Origin: Nitrosopumilaceae archaeon
Lineage (GTDB): Archaea; Thermoproteota; Nitrososphaeria; Nitrososphaerales; Nitrosopumilaceae
Length of the DNA: 64,000 nucleotides
Assembly (NCBI GenBank): GCA_965218725.1
Contig: CBDCLO010000002.1
Span: 654,970 to 718,969, forward strand
Direction of reading: 5' to 3'
Part shown: in pieces, positions 1 to 10,425 of the stretch
Layout: every line of letters begins with the position of its first letter
Numbering within the stretch: the stretch's first letter is position 1
Position numbers and translations under genes: made by a program
Notes under the pieces: model-generated
The model's input: the letters and a program-made list of their open reading frames with translations, nothing else
Told to the model about the DNA's origin: nothing
Databases searched by the model: none

Positions 1-443
1 CAATAAGTAACATGACCCTATTATCTTCATACCATAATTTATCAAACTTTTGTTCTGGGATGGCTCCTACTTGATCTGACTTTGGTATATAATGCATAAT
101 TATTTTCTCTATGTCATCGTAACCAGAAATAATCGATGCATGTTGTATTGTCTGATACAAACCAGGCATAATTACTATAGGCGGTATTCCAATATCAATC
201 ATTTTTTTTAGTTTAATAATTGACGAATTAAGGACCAAACTAGCTAGACCATATCTTTCAGCTAATTCTATTCCTTCAATAATAATACTACCATTAACTT
301 CTTGATATTTTTCTGCTGATTCAATAGCTTCAGACATTGGGAGATCTACATTCCAATATTTAGATACGGCATTTATCACCAAAGGCAGGCATATATTTTC
401 TTCAGTCACTAATGGGATAGATAATTCATTAAATGATGACATA
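1..443 (-). CDS. C39-like papain-fold cysteine peptidase domain protein (5' part only; gene runs off the window start)
   Basis: Absent from the ORF track because it is edge-truncated. My translation of the minus strand from ATG 443..441 gives MSSFNELSIPLVTEENICLPLVINAVSKYWNVDL...IQHASIISGYDD...WYEDNRVMLLI, open to position 1. The N-proximal Cys and a downstream His followed by G-Y-D resemble C39-like peptidase domains. Confidence 0.35.
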
Positions 444-473
444 TGTTATTATTATGAAACACATTATTAAAAA

Positions 474-1025
474 CTACCAAAGCAATACGAATGATTCTAG
501 AAATGACTTACCATCAATAGTTACTTCTGGATGAAATTGTGTACCAAAAATATTAAGATCATTATATTGTATTATTTCATACATACAGTTTTTTGAGCTA
601 GCTAAACATGATATAGATTCTCCTAATCTAGAAATTTTATAACGGTGATTCTTGAACACGTATATTTTTTTGTTACAAAGCTTGTTTTTTTTCAATATAT
701 CAATTTTTACAACACCTCTCTGTGCTGAACTCATCCTTACTATAGTACTACCTAATGTAAGTGCTAAAATCTCTGCTCCATAGCAAATTCCTAGTAATGA
801 TTTTTTTTTTAGTATTGAATGATTTATTATTTTAGAATTAACTACGTTCATAAGATTATTATTACTTTTCCTACCAGTAATAATAAACGAATCAAATTTA
901 TCAAGTTTTGAAATAGATATATCAGAATACTGCATAACATCAAAATTTATTTTCTTATTACTAAGAAAACTTAATAGATCTGTATTATAAAAAGAACCAT
1001 TATTAATAACTAACATAAAACTCAT
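474..1025 (-). CDS. class I glutamine amidotransferase (GuaA subunit-A-like size and layout)
   Basis: 183 aa. Nucleophile elbow LLGICYGAEILA and C-terminal GTQFHPE are typical of triad GATases. Confidence 0.7.
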   Translation of the reverse strand: MSFMLVINNGSFYNTDLLSFLSNKKINFDVMQYSDISISKLDKFDSFIITGRKSNNNLMNVVNSKIINHSILKKKSLLGICYGAEILALTLGSTIVRMSSAQRGVVKIDILKKNKLCNKKIYVFKNHRYKISRLGESISCLASSKNCMYEIIQYNDLNIFGTQFHPEVTIDGKSFLESFVLLW

Positions 1026-1079
1026 GATATTTTTTATGATTTAGACTATTTAATCTAAACAAAAAATTGAAATAATCCT

Positions 1080-3929
1080 CTAGTTATTGATCACTATTGA
1101 CATGTAATGCATTTCAGGAAAACTATCTACAACTACAATTGTACCAAAATTTACTGTGGTATTATCTTTCCACATAAATATTCTATCACTTCTTGGCTTA
1201 ACAAAAACATCAACAAATTCCAGTATTGCTGATTTTACTAGTTCAAGATCACTTTCTATGTATAGTGTTACTTCACTTTCTTTGAATGAAAGCGGTATTT
1301 GTATGGATGTGGGTGATACAATTTCAAGACTTTCATTTTGGAATATAGATTTTACCATGCCTATTTTTATTGTAAGATCTAGCTCTGTAAATTCACTAGT
1401 AAAATTATTTACATGAATGCCAGACAATTTTTTAAGATATGATACAAACGCATCTTCTTGTGTGTCTCCCAATCCTACATAATACTCTCCTGTGAATGCT
1501 GCTCCAACAGCTGCTATGGTACCAAGTTGTGCAACTACACCACCAGAACCTGCAGTATATACTGGAATAAAGTAGACGTCATGTGTTCCTACACGATACA
1601 ATATATTATCTCCTATTCTAGGATTACGTAAAAGTGTTTTAAGTTGTGCAAAGTCAGGATCTCGATCTAATGCTTCGCGTACAGCTGTAGGCCCTATAAG
1701 TTTGGTTGGAGAATCTAATGGAATCTCATAAAATTGCATATCACCTAAAGTAGATAAACTATTTTCCACTATCATATACCCAGCTAAATTTCTACCTTGT
1801 GAGCCTCTTAATTCAAGAGATAATAAACCTAAAAATTCAGGCTGAGTAAATCCAGGAGGTTTAGATTCTATATAATATGTATTTAATCCTAATGGAATCT
1901 CATAAAATTCATTTGCTTGAATAAATGTTTCTATATTAATAACATGGTATATGTTATACATCTCAGTTTTCCAATTAAATAGTTCTTGTGGATATCTCAT
2001 TTGTTTTTCAAGCCATACAGGAATTTCTATAAATTGATCTCCATACTGTTCTTCAAACATATCACTAAAAAAATCATTTCCATATCTCAACAATGAAATT
2101 TCTCCATCGTATGAATTAATTAATGCATAACCAACTAGTCTGATATATGGATTACTAACTGACCATGGAACGTTATGAGTATCAAATCCAACTATCAGTG
2201 GCATAAGCCAGTAAGAACTCTCACCGTCAGTTACTGGAAAAGAATCGATCTCTTTTCCAAATAAATCATATAAAAAATACGGATACAGTAGTTTCATTCT
2301 TTCACTTACATCTTTGTATCTCATTACATGTATAGAATCTGCTGGAAATGATAATAAAAAATTTGGCTCAAAAATCCAGCTTAGTGGTGGTGCTATATCT
2401 AGTCCACCTTCTCCAGAATAAAATGAGTTATTTAGTTCAGAGCTTATATCGTCTCTATCAGTTAGATATGCTGACCAAGTTCTATTCAATAACCCACCTT
2501 CGCCATAATATATTGCCCTTTGTTTAAAAAATTCCTCGCTATCAACTATTTTACCACTGGTTGCATTTAAAGTAAGAAAGCCATTTGGAACATGAGTATA
2601 AACAAGATGTTCGTTATACCATCTATTTTCTAAACTAACAGATGGTGGTAAAATTGGTTTCATGGATGCCGTCCAATATAAGGAATCTTCAAATCTAAGA
2701 ATGTCATTATCGTCAAAATCAACATATGGAATCAATCCAATTTCTGGTTTTAGTTTTGCAAAAGCTGCATTCCAATCCCAAATTCTTATAACATCTAATA
2801 CATCGCTATTTTGTTTAACATAACCCTCAATATTATTAGATGTGATTGGATCTATTGTTACGTCATGTATATTTTTTTTTATATCGTTTAGTTCTCCAAT
2901 ATGTCTATTAATTCCTATCTGTTGTGCTGTATATGGACCTAAATATTCTATCTTTCTTGCATCTGCAATACTATTATTAATTGTCATAATTACCATAATA
3001 GATAACGCAATAGTTGCTATGGCTATTATTCTAATGTATACATCTTTCTTTAACATGTGTGTAAATACGCGTGATTTAATTTTATCAAGTAGTGAAAAAG
3101 CTACCATAATAAATCCTACTAAAAGTGTCCCACCTACAAAATATTTGGTATTATAATCAATTTGATCTGTAAAAAATAAATTAAAACCTAACCATATAAT
3201 TACTATGCCGAGTATTACTTCTGCTGTTGAAACATAGTTAAGATATCTTGGTTTTCCATTTGATATATCACTAATGTATGATGTAATAATAACTAAAGTT
3301 TTGTGTATTACAACATATAGCAATAATCTAAAACTAACTGCCAATAATATAGGAGGTATTAATATTAGCAGTGGTGGAATCATAGGTACTACATTTTCAA
3401 ATGAATATGATTGATCTGTTGGTGGTGTAAGAAATGGTAATGTAAACAGATTTGGTATGGAGTCTAATCCAATGTTATTCCCATCAAAAATATATGTAAC
3501 AGTAAAACCAAAAATTATATTAGAAAAAAAAGCCCCAAACAACATAATTTTTGTTAGTTGCCAAACTAAGAATTGATGAGTGGATAACTTATAATCTTTA
3601 AAACATGTAATATTTTTAGTTATTTGATTGTTATATTTACTGCTATTTATGAAATTTATTACTGTATATATGGAATACCAGAAAATTGACTTTCTAGAAA
3701 AAAAGTTTACTCTGACAAGCGAAATTGTTGAAAGAAATATTGAAGATGCAAGAGAATATAGTAGTATCCTTGTGAAATTATCTCCAAATTCAGCAATATT
3801 CATGGACAATATGACTCCTTGCCTACCAACGACTATGAATATTGCAATTGCAATACATACTATAACACCTAAACGTAGGTAACTACTAGCTTTTGATGAT
3901 GTACCTCCGCTATTTGATGTTTTATACAA
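1080..3929 (-). CDS. UPF0182-family large polytopic membrane protein
   Basis: 949 aa with several N-terminal TM helices followed by a large soluble region. The RYPQELFNWKTEMYNIYHV motif resembles the RYPEDLF block I recall from UPF0182 (COG1615). TTG start. Confidence 0.5.
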   Translation of the reverse strand: MYKTSNSGGTSSKASSYLRLGVIVCIAIAIFIVVGRQGVILSMNIAEFGDNFTRILLYSLASSIFLSTISLVRVNFFSRKSIFWYSIYTVINFINSSKYNNQITKNITCFKDYKLSTHQFLVWQLTKIMLFGAFFSNIIFGFTVTYIFDGNNIGLDSIPNLFTLPFLTPPTDQSYSFENVVPMIPPLLILIPPILLAVSFRLLLYVVIHKTLVIITSYISDISNGKPRYLNYVSTAEVILGIVIIWLGFNLFFTDQIDYNTKYFVGGTLLVGFIMVAFSLLDKIKSRVFTHMLKKDVYIRIIAIATIALSIMVIMTINNSIADARKIEYLGPYTAQQIGINRHIGELNDIKKNIHDVTIDPITSNNIEGYVKQNSDVLDVIRIWDWNAAFAKLKPEIGLIPYVDFDDNDILRFEDSLYWTASMKPILPPSVSLENRWYNEHLVYTHVPNGFLTLNATSGKIVDSEEFFKQRAIYYGEGGLLNRTWSAYLTDRDDISSELNNSFYSGEGGLDIAPPLSWIFEPNFLLSFPADSIHVMRYKDVSERMKLLYPYFLYDLFGKEIDSFPVTDGESSYWLMPLIVGFDTHNVPWSVSNPYIRLVGYALINSYDGEISLLRYGNDFFSDMFEEQYGDQFIEIPVWLEKQMRYPQELFNWKTEMYNIYHVINIETFIQANEFYEIPLGLNTYYIESKPPGFTQPEFLGLLSLELRGSQGRNLAGYMIVENSLSTLGDMQFYEIPLDSPTKLIGPTAVREALDRDPDFAQLKTLLRNPRIGDNILYRVGTHDVYFIPVYTAGSGGVVAQLGTIAAVGAAFTGEYYVGLGDTQEDAFVSYLKKLSGIHVNNFTSEFTELDLTIKIGMVKSIFQNESLEIVSPTSIQIPLSFKESEVTLYIESDLELVKSAILEFVDVFVKPRSDRIFMWKDNTTVNFGTIVVVDSFPEMHYMSIVINN

Positions 3930-3997
3930 AACTAATATGCATTATCCTATCATAAATTAATGTTTTACCTAATTTCACTCTCAAATATTGATAATAT

Positions 3998-5089
3998 CTA
4001 TACTGCTTCAGCTAGTCCCTTACAAATCATATATGTAGCAACATATTTTGGAACTACAATATCTTCATTTTCAAAAGGTCCAAATTTTCTATTTTTTAAT
4101 GTAAATGTGATCGGACAAGTTGCTACGATTTTAGTCATGTCGTTATCTATAAAGCATGCGTCTAAAAGCGGATTAAATTTTTTCAAGTCTTTACACAATA
4201 TCTTTGCTAAGCTGCTTTTACTATTAAGAGATCCTTCTAGTCTAAAAACCCTATGTATATCTATTGTAACATTTGGATCTATATTAGATTTTAATATATG
4301 TTTTAGATTTTCTAGTCTATGATCAAAACTATTTGGTTCTATGACTTTGTGTGATGTTTTTAAATCTTTGTGTTTAAGATGTTTATTTATTCTTCCTATC
4401 AAACCCTGTTTTGCTATATCTGAGAATAATGAGTTTATTTTATTTATAGTTCCTGGCAACATATCACGCAGTAGTATATAATCAACAAGATCAGCTCTTT
4501 CCATAGAACCTAGTTTTTGATAATAAATATTGTCTATACATAGATGAAACCCATCGTTACCAGAAAAATATACGCTAATATTTTTATTTTCAATTCCTAA
4601 ATCATCAGTAAGTATAATTAATAATTTTTTAACTTCTTTTTTTGCTTCATTAATACAGTTTTTACATAATAGTGTTATATTTTGTATTTTATTTGAATTG
4701 CACTTTGAACATCTGGACTGTGCACTTGATACTTTATTACAATTAAAACACTTAATGCATGTATGTGATTGCCTGCAATCCAGTTTTAGATCTTTAGAGT
4801 CAATATCAAATATCAGGTCAGCTCCTTTCCAGTCTTTTTCAACCATAGAAAGATGTGGAAACAAGTAATATGCATTGGAACAATACATGTCAGACGGTAC
4901 ATTTGTCATAAGTAATAGATGTAGATCTTCATCAGAGTTAAGCGCAATATGTCTATATATTTTAGAATCAAAATTTTTATACGCAAATTCTCTTTCCGAT
5001 GAATTTTTTGGAACATGAATCAAATTAAAATGTTCAAAATAATATTTTTTAAATGAACTTTTTAATAGTTTTATACTAGTATTATTCAT
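3998..5089 (-). CDS. priS: DNA primase catalytic (small) subunit PriS
   Basis: DLIFDIDSKD acidic motif, Cys-rich Zn knuckle (CIKCFNCNK...CSKCNSNK) and FSGNDGFHL motif. I prefer the internal ATG at 5089, which overlaps the priL stop by 8 nt (ATGAATAA), over the track start at 5149. Confidence 0.85.
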   Translation of the reverse strand: MNNTSIKLLKSSFKKYYFEHFNLIHVPKNSSEREFAYKNFDSKIYRHIALNSDEDLHLLLMTNVPSDMYCSNAYYLFPHLSMVEKDWKGADLIFDIDSKDLKLDCRQSHTCIKCFNCNKVSSAQSRCSKCNSNKIQNITLLCKNCINEAKKEVKKLLIILTDDLGIENKNISVYFSGNDGFHLCIDNIYYQKLGSMERADLVDYILLRDMLPGTINKINSLFSDIAKQGLIGRINKHLKHKDLKTSHKVIEPNSFDHRLENLKHILKSNIDPNVTIDIHRVFRLEGSLNSKSSLAKILCKDLKKFNPLLDACFIDNDMTKIVATCPITFTLKNRKFGPFENEDIVVPKYVATYMICKGLAEAV

Positions 5090-6149
5090 TACTAAGATTA
5101 TTACCAAATTGGATTGGGTTTCGTATATTATTGCATTCAGATATTTCAAAGCACAAATTCTGGCTTTTTATTTTTTTACATGATGGGCAATAATATTTTT
5201 TTCTGCTACCAGTAATTCCAGCAAGATGATTAAGCTGATACAGTGTTGTATTTCTATTATAGTCAGGAGCATTTTTAAATAATTCAGATATTTCTTTGAT
5301 ATTTTTTCCTCTACCCAACAAAAATGTAGCGAGTAAAAATCTTCCAGAATGGGATAAATTTTCTCCTTTACGAAGTGTATCTAGAGTATGTTTTATACAT
5401 GGAGGGTAGTCTGTAGATGTAGTAATAGAAGTAGAAAACTTTTTTGCAATTATTAAAAGTTTTTTAATATAATTTTTTAGTGGATCTGGTATATGATCAA
5501 TACGTGTGGATTGTATTTTTGAAAATATATAATTATCAAGCTCTTTTCTAACAAGTCTAACAGTCTCATGAGAAGACAAAAATACAAAACCACGTGAGAT
5601 ATACCTATTAACTAGTTTCCATTCACTCTCATGAAAATTAACAGCATGTATTAAATAGTTTGGTACAGTGACAACAAAATAATCATATTTTTTTTGTATA
5701 TTAACTGAAAAAAGATCTCTCATGATTTTTATTGCTATGTCTTGTTGATTTATTTTGTATTCACGCTGGTTTCTTATATTATCTGAGTGTATGTCTATTT
5801 TTGCTTCTAAATCTTTTTCAAGGTATTTTTCAGCACGTTTTGCTTCAGCCAGTGAAAATTTTTTCGTAAGCACATTAATTCCACATGACTTTAGTAGAAT
5901 AACAGATATAATAAATGAAAATACTTCATGTGAAAGTAACAAATCTTTGTCAACAACATCATTTAATTCAACATAATTAACATTATTATCTAGTGCAGAA
6001 CATATCCTGTTATATGCTTTATCAATAATTATTTTTTGATCAGGATCATTACCAAACTGTTCAAGTGTAAACCTCTTATCTTTAAGATATTTTCCTGCTT
6101 CAGCAAGAAAAGGATATTTTACAATTTCATCTGTACCAAGATTCAACAT
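5082..6149 (-). CDS. priL: DNA primase large subunit PriL
   Basis: 355 aa. YPPCIKHTL motif and C-terminal Cys ligands (YYCPSCKK...CFEISEC) are typical of the PriL Fe-S domain. Lies directly upstream of priS. Confidence 0.8.
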   Translation of the reverse strand: MLNLGTDEIVKYPFLAEAGKYLKDKRFTLEQFGNDPDQKIIIDKAYNRICSALDNNVNYVELNDVVDKDLLLSHEVFSFIISVILLKSCGINVLTKKFSLAEAKRAEKYLEKDLEAKIDIHSDNIRNQREYKINQQDIAIKIMRDLFSVNIQKKYDYFVVTVPNYLIHAVNFHESEWKLVNRYISRGFVFLSSHETVRLVRKELDNYIFSKIQSTRIDHIPDPLKNYIKKLLIIAKKFSTSITTSTDYPPCIKHTLDTLRKGENLSHSGRFLLATFLLGRGKNIKEISELFKNAPDYNRNTTLYQLNHLAGITGSRKKYYCPSCKKIKSQNLCFEISECNNIRNPIQFGNNLSNE

Positions 6150-6197
6150 ATATTTTATTGTAGACTAGCATTGAATTCGATTTAAGTGTTATTAAAA

Positions 6198-7655
6198 TCA
6201 TATTTCTGTATTTTTTTTCAGTATAAAACTAATATCAGTTATTTTTATTCTTGTTTGTTTCATAGTATCACGTATTCTTATTGTTACAGTTTGATCGATC
6301 AGTGTTTGATGATCTACTGTTATTATATATGGGGTTCCTATTTCATCTAAACGCCTATATCTTCTTCCAATTGATCCAGAATGATCTAAGAAAGAATCAA
6401 AATTTCTATTTATTTTATAGTATATTTTATTGGTTAGCTCTTCTAAACCATCTTTTTTCATAAGTGACAAAATACCCACATGTATAGGAGCTAGATATGG
6501 TTTTAATGACAAAACTATTCGGTTGTTTTTTACATCATTTTTTAGGTTGTGATCCATAATTGAATAAATACTCCTATCAACTCCCATAGAAATTTCAAAT
6601 ACATGTGGAATTATTTTACAATTAGAGTCAACTACTTCAAAGCTTTCTTTAGTTTGATTTGAATGATTTAATAGATCATGGTTTGATCTATAATTACAAG
6701 ATACAAGCTCTATCCACCCCACAGAAGTTTCAGCTTCAAAATCAAATGCATAATCCGAATAAAAAGCTCTCTCATCATTTGTTACCTTTCTGAATCTAGT
6801 TTTTGATATATCTATGCCAGTTTTTTTATAAAATTCTGTTAATAACCCTATGTAGTACACTATTAGTTTATTATCTATTATATTTTTATCAATAATTTCT
6901 TTACATGTCATTTTCTTTATTTCATTGTCAATATATACATTAATTATAGTATCTTCAACTATAACAAACTTTTCAAAAGTACCAAAGTTATTTGGATTAC
7001 AAAAAATTTCTATTTCAGCTTGATAGAACTCTCTTAATCTTAATATGTTTTGTCTTGGTGCAATTTCATTTCTAAAACTTTTTCCTATTTGTGCAATACC
7101 AAATGGTAATTTGCCTCTCATAGTTTTAAATATTCTCGGAAAATCAACAAATATTGATTGACATGTTTCAGGTCTAAGATATGCGATCTCATTATCAATC
7201 CCCACACCTACTGAAAACATCATATTAAATTTATACGGGTTTTGAAGTTCGCCTCCACATACAGTACAACGTATATTATTACTATTAATTATATCCTCAT
7301 ATTTTTTTATTTTTTCGTTTTCAGTAATTTCTATGTTTATTGTATCTTTTATTAATTTATCTACTCTAAAAGTTGATCTGCATTTTTTACATTTAATTAT
7401 AGGATCTACAAAATTTTTAATATGTCCAGATGCATCAAATACTGATTTTGACATAATTTGTGAACCGTCGATCTCAATAATGTTATCTCTCCTAATAAGC
7501 TCCTTTCTCCAGAGCTCAATAAACTTATTTTTAAGGTTAACTCCAAGTGGACCATATTCCCAAAAACCTGCATGTTTATCTGAATAAATTTCACAACTAG
7601 GAAAATAGAATCCTCTTTTTAATGCAAGGCTAATTATTTGATTATATTTAATCAT
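6198..7655 (-). CDS. glyS: glycine--tRNA ligase (archaeal/eukaryal class II type)
   Basis: N-terminus KRGFYFPSCEIYSDKHAGFWEYGPLGVNLKNK is typical of GlyRS. Also has class II motifs and an anticodon-binding C-terminus. Confidence 0.9.
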   Translation of the reverse strand: MIKYNQIISLALKRGFYFPSCEIYSDKHAGFWEYGPLGVNLKNKFIELWRKELIRRDNIIEIDGSQIMSKSVFDASGHIKNFVDPIIKCKKCRSTFRVDKLIKDTINIEITENEKIKKYEDIINSNNIRCTVCGGELQNPYKFNMMFSVGVGIDNEIAYLRPETCQSIFVDFPRIFKTMRGKLPFGIAQIGKSFRNEIAPRQNILRLREFYQAEIEIFCNPNNFGTFEKFVIVEDTIINVYIDNEIKKMTCKEIIDKNIIDNKLIVYYIGLLTEFYKKTGIDISKTRFRKVTNDERAFYSDYAFDFEAETSVGWIELVSCNYRSNHDLLNHSNQTKESFEVVDSNCKIIPHVFEISMGVDRSIYSIMDHNLKNDVKNNRIVLSLKPYLAPIHVGILSLMKKDGLEELTNKIYYKINRNFDSFLDHSGSIGRRYRRLDEIGTPYIITVDHQTLIDQTVTIRIRDTMKQTRIKITDISFILKKNTEI

Positions 7656-7691
7656 GATAATACAGTTTAATACAATTACATAAATTAGTAG

Positions 7692-8522
7692 TTATGCAAG
7701 TTCATTTGTTTTTTTAATGTTGTCAAAATCATTTCTAATATCATCTATGGGAGTCTCTAGTATCATTGGAATTTCTTTAGAACTACTAAATTTAATAATT
7801 TGTGATAGTCCTGTTTCACCTATTTTACCTAGTCCTATATGGTAATGTCTATCAACATGTGAATTTAATTCATATTTTGAATCATTAAGATGCAAGAATC
7901 TTAAGTTTGAGATGCCGATGTATTTATCAAATTCATTGAACATTCCACTAATTCCTTCTTTTGTTCTTATGTTATATCCAGCAGTAAAAATATGGCATGT
8001 GTCAAGACATATACCAAACTTGTTGTTGTTTAGTTGATCAAAAATATACGACAATTGTTTGAGATTATAACCTATAGAATTTCTCTGACCAGCTGAATTT
8101 TCAAGTAATATCATAACACTATTTTTTGTTACAATATTCAATGCATTTACTAACCTATCAATTCCATTACTTTCTCCATCACCAAGATGACTTCCAAGAT
8201 GTGTAATCAAATACATAATACCAAGCTCACTACATTTTAAGATTTCATTTTTAAGTAAACTCATTGATTTTTCATAAGTTTCATTGTTAGGTGAAGCAAG
8301 ATTTGGCAGGTATGATGTATGTGCAACAACTGATGATTTATCTATATTACTACAATATAATTTATCTTTAAATTTTTTTATTGCAGTCTTATCTAGATTT
8401 TTTATACTCCAGCTTCTAGGATTTCCTGTAAATATTTGAAATGCAGAGCAGTTTCTCATAATAGCATTATTTATTGAGTTATCTACAGAGCCAGAGATCG
8501 AAACGTGTACACCAACTTTCAA
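7692..8522 (-). CDS. nfo: deoxyribonuclease IV (endonuclease IV)
   Basis: 276 aa TIM-barrel AP endonuclease 2 pattern: KVGVHVSISGS, ITHLGSH, CLDTCHIF, LHLNDSK. TTG start. Confidence 0.85.
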   Translation of the reverse strand: MKVGVHVSISGSVDNSINNAIMRNCSAFQIFTGNPRSWSIKNLDKTAIKKFKDKLYCSNIDKSSVVAHTSYLPNLASPNNETYEKSMSLLKNEILKCSELGIMYLITHLGSHLGDGESNGIDRLVNALNIVTKNSVMILLENSAGQRNSIGYNLKQLSYIFDQLNNNKFGICLDTCHIFTAGYNIRTKEGISGMFNEFDKYIGISNLRFLHLNDSKYELNSHVDRHYHIGLGKIGETGLSQIIKFSSSKEIPMILETPIDDIRNDFDNIKKTNELA

Positions 8523-8654
8523 TCTAACAACACCATTTAACTTATTATTTTTAAAAAACCTATATAAAAAGTCTATTTTATATATAGTACCTGTGAAGTC
8601 AACTGGTACAGCTAATGAGTTATACTAAAATGCATATAAAAAATGGAAATATAT

Positions 8655-9299
8655 TTAGTCTGTCTGTTCCTTAGTTTGTTGCGTCGAAAGACTAGTTGGT
8701 ATTGACGGAAATTTATCGTTAGTTTTTTGTTCAGCTATTACTGATGCTTCTTGTAGAATTTTTTCAGTCTCCTCATTTGATGTATCAGACTCTACATTGA
8801 ATGATTCTGCTGTAAGTGAATCAGTCATAAGACCATTTAAAGTATGCGTCATTGAATTTAGTTCAGAATCAGCCTCTGGCATAAACCGTCCCAATGAAGA
8901 CTTCAAACCTTTCATGGTGGATACTGCAGGAGCTATTGCAATCATAGCGTCACCTAGATCATGTATAGTAGTTAGTCTTAGCTGTACTTGTTCCAAAGAC
9001 ATTCTAGCACCACCAAGCATTTTTGTTACTTTACGTATCTCTGCTAATTCATTTGACAAAACTTTACTTGCAATTGAGTCATGACGCTGCATATAGTTTA
9101 CTATACGCTGAAAAATACTTGTGTCTCTATCTTTTAATTTTGATATCATTGAATCCATTTTTAATATCTGTGTTTGTAATTTATTTACAGCATTCTGTAT
9201 CCTTGGTTTTAATGCTTCCTGTGGTTTCACTGCATATTTTAGTTTGTCAGTAACACTCTGTGTTTCTTGTTTAACCCATGCTTTATCAAAATTTGTCAT
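8655..9299 (-). CDS. cdvB: ESCRT-III/Snf7-family cell-division protein (CdvB paralogue)
   Basis: 214 aa coiled-coil protein with a basic N-half and an acidic Ser/Thr/Glu-rich tail. The layout and heptad-rich helices match archaeal CdvB/Vps2-like proteins. Confidence 0.55.
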   Translation of the reverse strand: MTNFDKAWVKQETQSVTDKLKYAVKPQEALKPRIQNAVNKLQTQILKMDSMISKLKDRDTSIFQRIVNYMQRHDSIASKVLSNELAEIRKVTKMLGGARMSLEQVQLRLTTIHDLGDAMIAIAPAVSTMKGLKSSLGRFMPEADSELNSMTHTLNGLMTDSLTAESFNVESDTSNEETEKILQEASVIAEQKTNDKFPSIPTSLSTQQTKEQTD

Positions 9300-9514
9300 A
9301 GTTCTGTATTACAAAATATGTTCTTAATATAATGTGTATATTTAGATCAACTTTAAACTAAATTTAGCTAACAAACAATAATTAGTCATAGATCATCTTA
9401 TGTATTACTTTAAGATTCTCAATAGCACCAACATTACAGTTATGTTGTCTTAATAGAATTTATGTTACTGTTGATTGGTTTGTTTTTTGCATAGATTTTA
9501 AATATATTTTGCAT

Positions 9515-9676
9515 TTATTCATAATTAGAATTTAATACTTTTATTATGCTACCAAATCTGCCCGGTCTTTCAAGTATCAGATCTATCGCATTTAATCTAT
9601 TTGTAGTTAATACCTCCATTGTTTTTCCTCTAGCTTTTAATCCACATATAGGCCTGCATGTACACCATTTTGTCAC
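9515..9676 (-). CDS. candidate small Cys-rich protein (53 aa, GTG start)
   Basis: Below the track size cut-off. My translation is MTKWCTCRPICGLKARGKTMEVLTTNRLNAIDLILERPGRFGSIIKVLNSNYE. The frame stays open, and looks protein-like, for 17 further codons upstream without a canonical start. Confidence 0.2.
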   Translation of the reverse strand: MTKWCTCRPICGLKARGKTMEVLTTNRLNAIDLILERPGRFGSIIKVLNSNYE

Positions 9677-9831
9677 ATACTGTGAACATATATCAATTAT
9701 GTTTTGTATTGAGATTTTCTTTCATATAATTAAACGATCTTTTTTCTGTATAATATAAAATTGTTTTTTGGTATTTCTTATACCATCTTTAAAATTATTT
9801 TGTTTATAAAAAATTACCAAAAACTGAAAAA

Positions 9832-10317
9832 TTAATCTACGTTGATGTATTTATTTTCTGGTTTACCTGTTTTTATCAACTTGAATTTCAGTTCTAATAT
9901 ACCATTTGTATATGTTGCACTACCAGAATTTTTGTCTATATTTTCATTTACTTCTGTAATGCAACAGTATCTTTTTCTACCGCGCTCGCCTTTTATTTTT
10001 AGCTTATTTTTATCAAATGCTACTTTTATGTCATTTTTTTCTAATCCAGGCATCTCAATTACTAGTTTTAATACACCACCGCTCACTATTTTATCTATTA
10101 ATGGCTCTCTATTCATAGATGTAGGAAGAGGATCTTGTTTTATGTTACCATATTCTTTTATTATTGGTTTACCATTTGGTCCTACAGCTATTATGTATCC
10201 ATAATAAAACTGACCAGAATTAGGTTCTGATTTTGGATCATCAAGCAGTCCATCAACGTTAATAAACTGACGTGACATATACTCGAAGATTCTTTCTATT
10301 TCGTCATCAAAGTTCAT
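9832..10317 (-). CDS. hsp20: Hsp20/alpha-crystallin small heat-shock protein
   Basis: Alpha-crystallin domain pattern: LKLVIEMPGLEKNDIKVAFDKNKLKIKGER...YTNGILELKF. Confidence 0.85.
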   Translation of the reverse strand: MNFDDEIERIFEYMSRQFINVDGLLDDPKSEPNSGQFYYGYIIAVGPNGKPIIKEYGNIKQDPLPTSMNREPLIDKIVSGGVLKLVIEMPGLEKNDIKVAFDKNKLKIKGERGRKRYCCITEVNENIDKNSGSATYTNGILELKFKLIKTGKPENKYINVD

Positions 10318-10425
10318 GTAATATTCACCTAGTCTATGTAATAAATATTACATTATATAAATATATTGGTATAGTAATATAATTAAATTACAAACTATAA
10401 ATATAATACAACATGTACTAAATCT

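Noticed and set aside
1156-3882. Three plus-strand ORFs (86, 104 and 84 aa) inside the UPF0182 gene
   Set aside because: They are antisense to a well-supported 949-aa ORF and give the hydrophobic, low-complexity translations typical of AT-rich antisense frames.
9546-9758. Plus-strand 70-aa ORF in the Hsp20-CdvB gap
   Set aside because: The translation is implausibly hydrophobic and His/Phe/Ile-rich. The opposite strand gives a more protein-like frame, which is reported separately at low confidence.
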